A DNA stretch of 64,000 nucleotides from positions 70,814 through 134,813 of the IMG/VR virus record IMGVR_UViG_3300025875_000001. One strand, given 5' to 3'. The DNA comes from a virus. The notes under the pieces are model-generated. The model was not told the DNA's origin, searched no databases, and saw only the letters and a list, made by a program, of their open reading frames with translations. This document shows positions 53,166-62,464 of this stretch, piece after piece. The position numbers were made by a program, and so were the translations under genes. How positions within the stretch are numbered: position 1 is the first letter of the stretch; the number at the start of each line of letters is the position of its first letter.

Positions 53166-53273
53166 TTACTTTGCGAACTTTTGGCCGATTGGCTTTGCAG
53201 ACGTGTTGCCACGCTTGCGCCATCCAGCTCTTACAAGGTTGAGAGCACCTTGTGCTGCCTTTACTCCTGCCAC
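53166..53273 (-). CDS. 35-aa basic protein (below ORF-track cutoff)
   Basis: AGGAG RBS, GTG start; MAGVKAAQGALNLVRAGWRKRGNTSAKPIGQKFAK*. Confidence 0.5.
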   Translation of the reverse strand: MAGVKAAQGALNLVRAGWRKRGNTSAKPIGQKFAK

Positions 53274-53301
53274 TCAAATCACTCCTAAATTATGACTTAC
53301 G

Positions 53302-53372
53302 CTCTCCCGCCTCGTTTCGATCGAAGTCCCAGACCTTCAAAGAGTCTCATGCTACCATCACACCCCGGGAGA
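53302..53372 (-). tRNA. tRNA-Gln(TTG)
   Basis: AGACT-CTTTGAA-GGTCT; T loop ATCGAAA. Confidence 0.85.
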
Positions 53373-53540
53373 TTAACTACACCAATCTTAACAGGCGTAG
53401 CTTTATGTGTCAAGCCTTCGGGAAGATCATCTTGACAACATCTTGTTTTGCATTTGAATAGTTCTGAATAAGCTCTAGCTGTTCAAATGCATTAACAAAC
53501 ACATGGGTCACCCTATACCAGTGATAGTGTTTATACACTG

Positions 53541-55284
53541 TCATTCTGGCACATCAGCAATCGACTCTAACATCTTGATCGCATGTTCCCGGCGCTCAAC
53601 CAAACGATCATGCTCTTCTTGCATCTGCGCCTCATAACGCTCAACATCTCTAATAACCCGGGCCAATTCGTGATCATACCATTCTTCCGGCGTTTCGTAA
53701 GGCTCAGCAATCCAAGGGCCATAAGGCCAGCTAATCTCAATTTGATTTAGAGCATAATCTTTGATCGGCTTTGCCTGCTCATTAGGTTGCCAAGACTCAA
53801 CCTTATCCTTAACGGTTTGATATTTGGCAAGCATTTCTTTATGGCGTAAAAGACTATCTACATTACTCTGAGTAACCGCATCAAAATACTTACGCCAGTC
53901 TGCTTCAATTTCATCATCTGTTAGAGATTCTAGCTTACTTAAACGAGTTTGTGCTTCTATCAAAGCTTTGACCGAATAACTATTGACATCAACTTCAACC
54001 GGCTTTGGTGGTACATCAATACCATCCTCACGCTGATGAACAAATGCACCAAAGGCGCGGGTGCAATGACTTACAAAATCGCGGGCATTTAGATTGCCCT
54101 CTTCAATAGGTGCTGTATAACTAGTTGGCATTGCTAACTCCCTTTAACGTAGATGTATAAATGTATATCCTAGCTTCTTCTGCGGTCTGTGCTACAGATA
54201 GTGGTACACAAAGAGCACCCATACGCTTGTTATCTTTAACTCTCACCACCGGCCAAGTCTCATAATTTTGAGGCGTTGGCTTACCAGCTACAAAACAAAC
54301 GTGCCAACCATCCGGCCCGACCAAATCATATTCACAATCGTTACACCAAAGACTCACTCAGAAGTGTCCCGAATCTCTCATAGAGCTTTCAATAAATATA
54401 AATTGGTTATCTTGCAGATTAAGTGCCTTAGCCCCGGCCTTAATAATTTCGTCAAGGCTGAATGCTACCTCAGGACTAGCATAATAATAAACGACGAATT
54501 CATATGGTCGCTGGCCGTCTTCATCTAGTTCTTCGTCATCTTCAACAAAGCCTTCCCACTCATTATCAGTAGTCATCTGGATTAAATCCTATCTGTGGTT
54601 CTAGTGGTTCCTGCGCATTGGCTTTAGCCACCCGGCGAATTTGGTCTACGCTGAGCTTACCAGATAGCAACAGTCTGTCAAGGTCTTTTTGACGATGGAC
54701 AACCTGCTCTTGATAAATTCCGTCAATTGCATCAATAGGAATAATTTCTGACTGATACCATTCAAGAATCAGCTCATGTAATTCATCGACCTTTACAGAC
54801 AAAAGATTGTTAATAAACTTTAATTCTTCGTTTTCATTTACCAACGCTTCTATTTCGTGCGCAAAAGGTTCAATAGCTTTGTCTGCTATACGCTTTTCTT
54901 GACGCTCTCGCGCCTCTGCGATTTCTTGCGGTGTTGGATCATATCTACATGGCATAATCTACTCCTTTAATTATACTAACTGGTTCGACCATATGGCCAT
55001 CCCCAACCACCCGGCGAATTTCGACCCGGCTTAAAAACTTCATTTATCCATTTAGTAGTGAGACCATTCGCTTTAATATAAGCAACCTCTTCGCTCTCTA
55101 AAGCAAATAAAAATCTAGATTTACCCTTTGTAAGTTCAGCTTCTATAAACCAAACTACATCACCATAATCAGCCTGACCTTGTAATCTTTGAGCAGCATC
55201 ATACTCTTCTTGATTATGTATTTCTTTTTGATACAGTTCAAAATCAACAAGTCTCTTCTCTATGAATACGCCATTCCAGTTCAT
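53541..55284 (-). CDS. Cluster of hypothetical genes (53541-54131, 54121-54357, 54358-54576, 54566-54955, 54976-55284)
   Basis: Packed co-oriented ORFs with RBSs. Confidence 0.6.
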
Positions 55285-55285
55285 G

Positions 55286-55357
55286 TGTGCCCACTCGGAT
55301 TCGAACCGAGATGTTAGATTTTAGAGGTCCATCAGTTACCTTTACTGACATAGGCGC
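55286..55357 (-). tRNA. tRNA with CUA anticodon (amber suppressor; Pyl-like loop)
   Basis: TGGAC-CTCTAAA-ATCTA; D stem TCAGT/ACTGA; T arm CTCGG-TTCGAAT-CCGAG. Confidence 0.75.
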
Positions 55358-55444
55358 GGGTGAGCAGTTTATACGTCATACTCAGGACTCCGACCTTACA
55401 TCACTACGTCTACACTGTCAAGAGTCACCTCCTGACGTATCAGC

Positions 55445-55960
55445 CTAGGGACCAGTAATTAGGCGCATAGTTGCACTCACACGTAGCTCAGGCTGGTCGA
55501 TAACACATACCCAGCAGTGATGTGTAGAGTGATCACATTCCTTCGGCTTACGCTGTAAACTACCCGGCCATCTCGCAGGCTGTGGACCGATACCACACGT
55601 CGGACAAGTCTCACCCGGCAGTAGCAGCCTACCAGAGATACATAGCTCACACAACTCCGGCCTTGCTACCTTAATTACCTTAGCTTCCTTAGGTGCCAAT
55701 GGTAGGTTACCAAACTCATCATAAGGAACGTGACCCTTACGTGCGTTACAGGTTCTGTGAAGTATTTGCTTGTTATCCAACGATTCAATTTCATCATTGG
55801 TCCAACCAGACTGACGCGCTAAAAACTTCGGAAATACGTGATCGACAGTACGAATATCCTTATTATCAAAGGGCTTGGTGCATCCGGGGAACCTACAGTA
55901 GTCACCGTCCCTTTCAATAAGAAACGCTATCGTTTCCTGCCTGCTCATCAAAGCTGACAT
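55445..55960 (-). CDS. HNH endonuclease-domain protein
   Basis: RDGDYCRFPGC...TVDHVFPK...NKQILHRTCNARKG. Confidence 0.8.
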   Translation of the reverse strand: MSALMSRQETIAFLIERDGDYCRFPGCTKPFDNKDIRTVDHVFPKFLARQSGWTNDEIESLDNKQILHRTCNARKGHVPYDEFGNLPLAPKEAKVIKVARPELCELCISGRLLLPGETCPTCGIGPQPARWPGSLQRKPKECDHSTHHCWVCVIDQPELRVSATMRLITGP

Positions 55961-56612
55961 TAGTCCTCATCCTTTCCGGCAATTTCATATTTATAAACAT
56001 TATAGCACAAGACTCTATGGTCCTGGCAAGTTTCTTATTGTTACAGGCCCAATGCGTAAGGGCCACATTATCAACAGAGTCCGTACCACCGAGAGATAAA
56101 GCCAGCACATGATCAATAGATGGCTTATCGTCTAGCTGCTCAGAGCAAAGATAGCAGTCAGTTCCGTCAATGGCAAGTAGCATTTGAATATCATAATATT
56201 CCCCATCACCTGACCTAGACCTTCTCCTATTGTTTGCTCGTATGCGAGCTAGTCTTACGCTTTTCTTTCTGCAAGGCTCACAGTAGGCTTTGAGCAAAGC
56301 ATCAGTGCCAGTAGGTTCCTTGCAAACCTTACACAGAGGAACCGTGGGCGTCAACCCACCCGACCTATGGAACCGCATGTAGTGCTTACGACAATACCCC
56401 TTTTGAAAGAATGTATCTAGACATCCATCGTACTTACAAACCTTACACTCTTTATGGAACTTAAATCTTGTCCCTAGCGCAAGAGGATTTCGACAGACAT
56501 TACAGTATAAATCCGCCATATCTTTGGTTTTGCGAAACTTCTGTGCGTGTGACTTACACAGGTGATAGGTCGGACCTTCTTCTGCCCGACCGCAACCCTC
56601 TATAATACACAT
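55914..56612 (-). CDS. HNH endonuclease with multiple zinc-finger repeats
   Basis: CYLC...SIDHVLALSLGGTDSVDNVALTHWACNNKK. Confidence 0.85.
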   Translation of the reverse strand: MCIIEGCGRAEEGPTYHLCKSHAQKFRKTKDMADLYCNVCRNPLALGTRFKFHKECKVCKYDGCLDTFFQKGYCRKHYMRFHRSGGLTPTVPLCKVCKEPTGTDALLKAYCEPCRKKSVRLARIRANNRRRSRSGDGEYYDIQMLLAIDGTDCYLCSEQLDDKPSIDHVLALSLGGTDSVDNVALTHWACNNKKLARTIESCAIMFINMKLPERMRTNVSFDEQAGNDSVSY

Positions 56613-56639
56613 TACCTTGATTATATCATCTACCTCTGT

Positions 56640-59198
56640 CTAAATCATAGTTATTCTACTAAAATAGTCTGAAAGATCATCCGGCATCTCCATCGTTGGA
56701 GGCTTAATAATTACATTACCCGGCCTTTCATCTAGACTATTTCTATTCTCCTTTTTTATATCTTGTATCGTTCTTACTTCTACTATATTTGACTGTTCCG
56801 GCCTTGCCGTTGACAACGCATTGAATATAGCACCACATGTAGCATCTGCCAAGTCTTTAGTGCCTGATCTTGGATGGTCAACTTTATCGTCATTCGTGAT
56901 TCTGAGCTGTAGCAACTCTTTTTTTAACAGCTCTATATCTGGCATAATGACTCTATGCTCACCGACAGCACCGGCCATATCTTGATAATGTTTCTTGGCC
57001 ACTGAAAGCTTTTCGGTAGGAATGCCGAATTTCTCTAAATAATTACGCATATCATCAGATTCCCACTGATCGAAAGTTACTTTCTTGATATTAAATCCCC
57101 GGCGATACAAAGAAACAATATACTCCCTTACCTCAGTGAAGTCAACAGACTTTTCCTTGGTGGGCGTCCACCATCTTACAGCATCAACATACACTACAGG
57201 TGCGGCATCTGTAAAGGTGTTGACAATCTTCATAGACTGCCAGCTCTCTACGTGAGCCAAGCTCACAGCACAGTTATCATGCTTACGAGCCAAATCAACA
57301 TGGATATAATATTCTTTAGTGTCATCTGGTCTAAAGAAATACTGAAAAGTCCCGTCTTCACTTACTCCATTACGCCCGATCATGGCATCATCAATCTTTT
57401 GCCTATCCTTAAAGAAGGCGTCAATTGCCTCGGCTGGCTGACAGGCAAAACGTCCTGTAGCATCTGGCTTATTACGATAAAAAGCGGTTACATATTCTTG
57501 ATTGGTTATCTTTTTGGTTGGATTTACTTCCCATGTTGGCCTCCGCAAAGCAAATACGTATGGAATCTTATAAGAAAGAATATCATCTTCTTCCCACTCA
57601 ATGATTACTCTATTACTTTCGCTATCAGGCAAATCTGGATTCAGAGGGACAGCCACTCTTTTAGGAGTAGTAACCTTTTCTTCGATTACAGAAGCATAGT
57701 GAGTACTAATGAAATCACCCTTGTAACGGGGGAATGACAACAATACAACTTTCCCATAAATACCAAAACGAGAGTCAACAGACGCTCTATACATATTGTA
57801 AACTGCGTCGGCGGTCTTCTTTGATTCTGACGTAGACTCGGTGGCAAATCCTGAAATCTCATCAAGTACCACCATTATAGTGTTATAACCCTCCCAAGCT
57901 TCACGCTCTGAATGACCAGAATATAAATTAATATTTTTATCAAACTTAACCTCTCCAGACTGAGCTGGTTCACCATTATCTTTAGCATCATATTTGCCCT
58001 TGAAATAATTACTTTTCTTCAAAAGCCTAACGACACCTTTAAAAAATACATTCTTAGCTTGATCTGAGTTAATAGCAATATTAATAATATCGAAAGAGTC
58101 ACCACTTGGTTTATCAAAGTACTTGGCTGGGTTTTTTAGACACATAAGTAAATAAACCAAATAAGCACAACTAAAGGTTGAAAGCATATCTTTACCAGAT
58201 TGATGACTTATTCTTAGATTACCTATATAGTTATGTGTTTCTGGTTGTGTAAGAGTCCAATAATCTCCTTCACCCTTCCGGCGAATCCAGGTGATTTTAT
58301 CCCAAAATAGACCATCTTTTACTTTACCTTTTCTCTTAGTTAATATCCAAGTATACTTGTTTGGGTAAGTAATTTTATATGGCTGGCCAACTCTTGCCCA
58401 TGCATGCTGAATATCTTGCCCCAATTGATATGAATTAGTTACAAACCGTTCACCCTCAATACAAACTTTACGCAAGAACATTTCAAGCACTCTATTATCA
58501 GACTTCCACAAGTCTGCTGGTATTGCTGCATTAGGATCCGTTGAATCAAGAGTATCTACTATTTCTTTTAGACGCATGCTTGAAATGTTAATTGGATTAA
58601 CAACATCGAATCCAATAGCAGTAGCTATTAAGTCACCCTCTTTTAGCTCCACCGCTGGAACCCATCTACCCCAATTTACTTTATTTTCAAACTTCTTCCA
58701 AGGCATTGCATAATATTGATGACCAACATATACAGTCTCTCTAGTACCTGAAATAGTCTCTACCTCTATCATTTGCCCTCGGCCTTCGTGGAAAGCTTCT
58801 GTGGCATATTGTGGAGTAAGGCTTAAGTCTTCATTCATGCCGACAACTAATGTATCAGACTTAATTGAATCTAGACGTTGCCAAGCCCCGGTATTTGCAT
58901 TAAACACCGGGGTCTCGGGAGCATGACAACCTTTACCAAACTGCAAAATTACTTCTGTCTCAGTTTGATCCCAACGCTTTTCCGCCTCCATAGGAGAGAG
59001 ATATTCGTATAGAGTTTCTTTTCTATAAATTTGTGTAGAACGCAACACGGCTTCACGTTGATATGGACTTAACCTTACATCTGGCTCATTAAGATACCTT
59101 TCGTCAGCAATAAAGGTATCAATATCAACCGGCTTTTCTGCAAGATCGCCGTCATCTAATGAATTTAGGATACCGTCAAAATCAAACAGGGACGACAA
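56640..59198 (-). CDS. terL: Terminase large subunit (intein-containing)
   Basis: Walker A GKG|SGKD, Walker B VVLDEISGF, nuclease motif YIHVDLA, C-terminal DHPRSGTKDLADA. Confidence 0.92.
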   Translation of the reverse strand: MSSLFDFDGILNSLDDGDLAEKPVDIDTFIADERYLNEPDVRLSPYQREAVLRSTQIYRKETLYEYLSPMEAEKRWDQTETEVILQFGKGCHAPETPVFNANTGAWQRLDSIKSDTLVVGMNEDLSLTPQYATEAFHEGRGQMIEVETISGTRETVYVGHQYYAMPWKKFENKVNWGRWVPAVELKEGDLIATAIGFDVVNPINISSMRLKEIVDTLDSTDPNAAIPADLWKSDNRVLEMFLRKVCIEGERFVTNSYQLGQDIQHAWARVGQPYKITYPNKYTWILTKRKGKVKDGLFWDKITWIRRKGEGDYWTLTQPETHNYIGNLRISHQSGKDMLSTFSCAYLVYLLMCLKNPAKYFDKPSGDSFDIINIAINSDQAKNVFFKGVVRLLKKSNYFKGKYDAKDNGEPAQSGEVKFDKNINLYSGHSEREAWEGYNTIMVVLDEISGFATESTSESKKTADAVYNMYRASVDSRFGIYGKVVLLSFPRYKGDFISTHYASVIEEKVTTPKRVAVPLNPDLPDSESNRVIIEWEEDDILSYKIPYVFALRRPTWEVNPTKKITNQEYVTAFYRNKPDATGRFACQPAEAIDAFFKDRQKIDDAMIGRNGVSEDGTFQYFFRPDDTKEYYIHVDLARKHDNCAVSLAHVESWQSMKIVNTFTDAAPVVYVDAVRWWTPTKEKSVDFTEVREYIVSLYRRGFNIKKVTFDQWESDDMRNYLEKFGIPTEKLSVAKKHYQDMAGAVGEHRVIMPDIELLKKELLQLRITNDDKVDHPRSGTKDLADATCGAIFNALSTARPEQSNIVEVRTIQDIKKENRNSLDERPGNVIIKPPTMEMPDDLSDYFSRITMI
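58200..58928 (-). mobile_element. 243-aa intein (Cys1...His-Gln) with degenerate endonuclease region
   Basis: CHAPETPV start, ELKEGDLIA, THNYIGNLRISHQ end followed by Ser; inserted in the P-loop. Confidence 0.85.
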
Positions 59199-59715
59199 TT
59201 ACTTCACTCTTTTCGTCCCGCATTATATCCTTCATACGGCTAGCTAATATTGGCTTACATCTATCACACTTAGCCACTACATCAGCAATAGCCTGTGCCA
59301 ATAGTTCTTGTCTTTCTTGGGTTTTAGCAAGCTCATCACCAAGCTCGGCGTCTTGCATGAGCCCGGCCTTTTGATACATCTCTTGTAATTTAAATTCTAC
59401 GTCGGTGATATTCTTCAAGAGCGTAGCCTTAGTCTTAAGGTCACCCTTATCATCAGCTTGTTCTACTGTAGCCCAATTCTCTTTTTGAACCATGCGCACA
59501 ATTTGATCAGCATTCTGTATAGTCTCACGCATACGCTCTTGTATAACCGGATCGTTTTTTGCGAACTCATTATACTGATCTACATACGCCAAAACCTCGG
59601 TACGCTTAATATTGAGTTCCCGAGCAATTTGGGTGGGATTTGTTCCCTTTAAATACAATTCAACAGCTTGATTCATCTCGTTGTATTTAGGTGCTACTAC
59701 TGCTAATTCATTCAT
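59182..59715 (-). CDS. Probable terminase small subunit (HTH)
   Basis: AVELYLKGTNPTQIARELNIKRTEV HTH; overlaps the terL start. Confidence 0.6.
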   Translation of the reverse strand: MNELAVVAPKYNEMNQAVELYLKGTNPTQIARELNIKRTEVLAYVDQYNEFAKNDPVIQERMRETIQNADQIVRMVQKENWATVEQADDKGDLKTKATLLKNITDVEFKLQEMYQKAGLMQDAELGDELAKTQERQELLAQAIADVVAKCDRCKPILASRMKDIMRDEKSEVIVVPV

Positions 59716-60018
59716 TCTTCTTTTTGCGTCTAGAACGCTTTATAGTTACAACTCCTTTTAATTTTGCCAAATGGAACGCCCTGAGGCTTCGGGTATCTGC
59801 ATCCCAGCAGTCTATCCACGTAGTGTCTAATGATGAATTGTGTGCTAGACATTTAAATAAAAAAACTCCTTGTATGTTTTTAAACTTCAATTGCGTACCC
59901 GGCTCTATGAGGTGTCCCTTATAGTCCAATGTGTATTCTACGTAGATATTATCATTACTGGCATAAGGCTTAGTATCAATTTCTACAGTATCTCTTTTGT
60001 TCATTTATCTACTTTCTA

Positions 60019-60624
60019 TTATACTAGTGTTGTCAAGCGCTTAGATTCTCTTTCTACATGTAGCGCAAAATGCTCTATGCTTGGTATTCTATTTCTACCA
60101 TCTGCCCGGCCATATTGAAGATCATTATTCCAAGGACGGTTTATCAAATAAGCTTTAGTACCGGCTAATACAAGATCATCATAATTTTGCAATTTATCTT
60201 CTACAAACATATCTGTTGGGACTATAGTCTTATCCGCACTAAAAGTTAGTGTGTCATATGGAATGCTATACTTCTTTAGCCATTTTCGAGTAAGCTCTCG
60301 ACTCACCTCCGGGGTTGATCCAAAGTTACGGTCAGTAATTATATGTATCTCTGATCCGGTATTCTTGATTCGACGCATAGCATTAACAAACCCGCGCTTT
60401 ACACCACCGGTAAACAATAGCCCCTTATCGGCAGCGTCATTGCAATAGATTACAAATTCACCATCTGTAATCCCCCATTTTCTATAAAAATGCCAATCGC
60501 CACAATAACCACGATTCAAATAAGGTCCATTCGAAATACTATCTAAGTATCTTAAAAATGAACTATGAAAGTTAAAGCCGACTCCATCTAAGTCTACACC
60601 TACACGTAATATCATTCGCTCCAT
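60019..60624 (-). CDS. HAD-family 5'(3')-deoxyribonucleotidase
   Basis: VGVDLDGV, IHIITDR, FVEDKLQN, LINRPWN. Confidence 0.82.
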   Translation of the reverse strand: MERMILRVGVDLDGVGFNFHSSFLRYLDSISNGPYLNRGYCGDWHFYRKWGITDGEFVIYCNDAADKGLLFTGGVKRGFVNAMRRIKNTGSEIHIITDRNFGSTPEVSRELTRKWLKKYSIPYDTLTFSADKTIVPTDMFVEDKLQNYDDLVLAGTKAYLINRPWNNDLQYGRADGRNRIPSIEHFALHVERESKRLTTLV

Positions 60625-61655
60625 CCATTCAAATAAGATAAAACTCTAGCAAGGTTGTCGTGCGTATCTCCTAAAGCACCAATAGCTTTATTACATTTTG
60701 TACATAACAGACCGCGCACCTGACCAGACTCATGATCATGGTCAACAGCTAACATAAATGCCTTACCTGTAATGTGATGCGTCCTGGACTCTGGCTTTTG
60801 ACAAATAGCGCACAGGCCGTTTTGCGCTAAAAACAGTGCGGCATAGTCTTCTTCGTCAATTCCATAATTTTTCTTTAATCGAATTTTCCTGCTCTGTGAG
60901 AGCAGTTCCACCTTGTCTAACCTTATATACTGCTGATGCCTAATCTCAGACGACCTACTAGGTTTAACTTTAGACTTATCATTGACGCACTCTCTACATC
61001 TCCCGCCAACACCTATCTTGACTTTACTGTCTGGTGGAAAATTAGATAACGGTTGCCAATTTTTACAGCCTATGCACTGCAACTCACCATTAAAGACATA
61101 TTTCCGCGCTCTCTTCCTGTCGGCAAGTATTTCGGTACGTATGTCATATACCTTCGACCGCAAATTTTCCAAAGACCCATCGTTTATAATAACATAGGGT
61201 GTATCTACCTCATACTGCTCACTCACATGGGTTGATGGGATGGCGTCTGGATTATTTGGCCTAATAATTTTAATTACTACACCACCTAAAGATCGGATCA
61301 TCTCACCCTCATTAGGGAACCTAAAGTCACTTATCGTGTAATCACCAGGCTTGGCAATAATCTGTTTTTTAACTAGATTAACCCATACATTAGTATCTAC
61401 TAAATTTCTAGCCTCTACCCCCACATTTTGAAGCAAAGCCCGAGCCTCAGGATAAACCCTCTTAACATAGTCCCATCCCCAACGATCAACGGCCTGCTGG
61501 ACAGTAAGGTCGGCATCTATAATTGGATTTAATGTATAGGCGAACTGTTTTAGTTTGTCTGCAAAAGCTAACCGTGCATATCCGTACTCAGACTCTAATA
61601 TATTTGCTACAGTATCTTTACCCGCCCCAGCCTTTCCATTCAGCCCTATAATCAT
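60612..61655 (-). CDS. dNMP kinase fused to an endonuclease VII-type domain
   Basis: IIGLNGKAGAGKDT, ISDFRFPNE; C-terminal YGI..DY..L..AQNGLCAIC...LAVDHDH..G.VRGLLC..CN. Confidence 0.85.
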   Translation of the reverse strand: MIIGLNGKAGAGKDTVANILESEYGYARLAFADKLKQFAYTLNPIIDADLTVQQAVDRWGWDYVKRVYPEARALLQNVGVEARNLVDTNVWVNLVKKQIIAKPGDYTISDFRFPNEGEMIRSLGGVVIKIIRPNNPDAIPSTHVSEQYEVDTPYVIINDGSLENLRSKVYDIRTEILADRKRARKYVFNGELQCIGCKNWQPLSNFPPDSKVKIGVGGRCRECVNDKSKVKPSRSSEIRHQQYIRLDKVELLSQSRKIRLKKNYGIDEEDYAALFLAQNGLCAICQKPESRTHHITGKAFMLAVDHDHESGQVRGLLCTKCNKAIGALGDTHDNLARVLSYLNGWSE

Positions 61656-62464
61656 ATTTTATTCCTTAGCACTAGCATAATCCAGTCTTCCATAGAACTT
61701 TCCATTACACCTTCTGGTCTTTCAATCGGTACTTCATTCCCGGCGAAATCCACATACCATAGGTTGAACTTTTCAAACAATCTCTCAGCCGCCGCTACCG
61801 GCTCAGTCATCCTACCGGACGACCACTCAACTAAATACGTGCAGCCTGGATTAGTAGCAATAAACTGATCTGCGTCATCGAACAATGTTTCTTCTGCACC
61901 TTCGATATCAACTTTAACAAAGTTATAGCGATTCTCGCCATCAACATAATCATTAAGCGTCCGGCAGTAAACCTCTATTGTTTCTCCCTCAACACCATAG
62001 TCAAGGTCTGTTAAATAAGCATTCATGCCATGATTGGGCGGAACTAGCATGGTGACCATACCGCTTTCATTGCCTACTGCTACTTGGTCAACGCTGTCAT
62101 CAATTAACCTAAACCTATTATAAGCTACTGACTTTTCAATCAAATCCGCCAACCTTGGCTGTGGCTCTACTGCTCTTACCTGACATCTATGCTCTAGCAA
62201 AAACATTGTGTAATAACCAATATTAGCGCCAATATCCAAACATCTTGAACCCGGCGCAACATTTTGGCTCATCCATGCAGTAATCCACGCTTCCCAAAAA
62301 CCTTCACCTAAGGTTGTAGCATGTGGATAAAAACCTTCATCTTCATCATCTAAAACTAACCAAAAACTACTTAACATCCTGGCTACAGTATATCCGTCTA
62401 CATCTTCGTAATAACTTCCAGCAGAGCCTATTTGCTCTACCTCTTCCCTGCTGTTATATCTCAT
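61652..62464 (-). CDS. FkbM-family SAM methyltransferase
   Basis: CLDIGANIGYY, AVEPQP, VKVDIEGAE. Confidence 0.85.
   Translation of the reverse strand: MRYNSREEVEQIGSAGSYYEDVDGYTVARMLSSFWLVLDDEDEGFYPHATTLGEGFWEAWITAWMSQNVAPGSRCLDIGANIGYYTMFLLEHRCQVRAVEPQPRLADLIEKSVAYNRFRLIDDSVDQVAVGNESGMVTMLVPPNHGMNAYLTDLDYGVEGETIEVYCRTLNDYVDGENRYNFVKVDIEGAEETLFDDADQFIATNPGCTYLVEWSSGRMTEPVAAAERLFEKFNLWYVDFAGNEVPIERPEGVMESSMEDWIMLVLRNKI

Noticed and set aside
56612-56645. Promoter TAGACA...TATAAT before the HNH
   Set aside because: Spacer is only 11 nt, incompatible with the 17-18 nt promoters seen elsewhere
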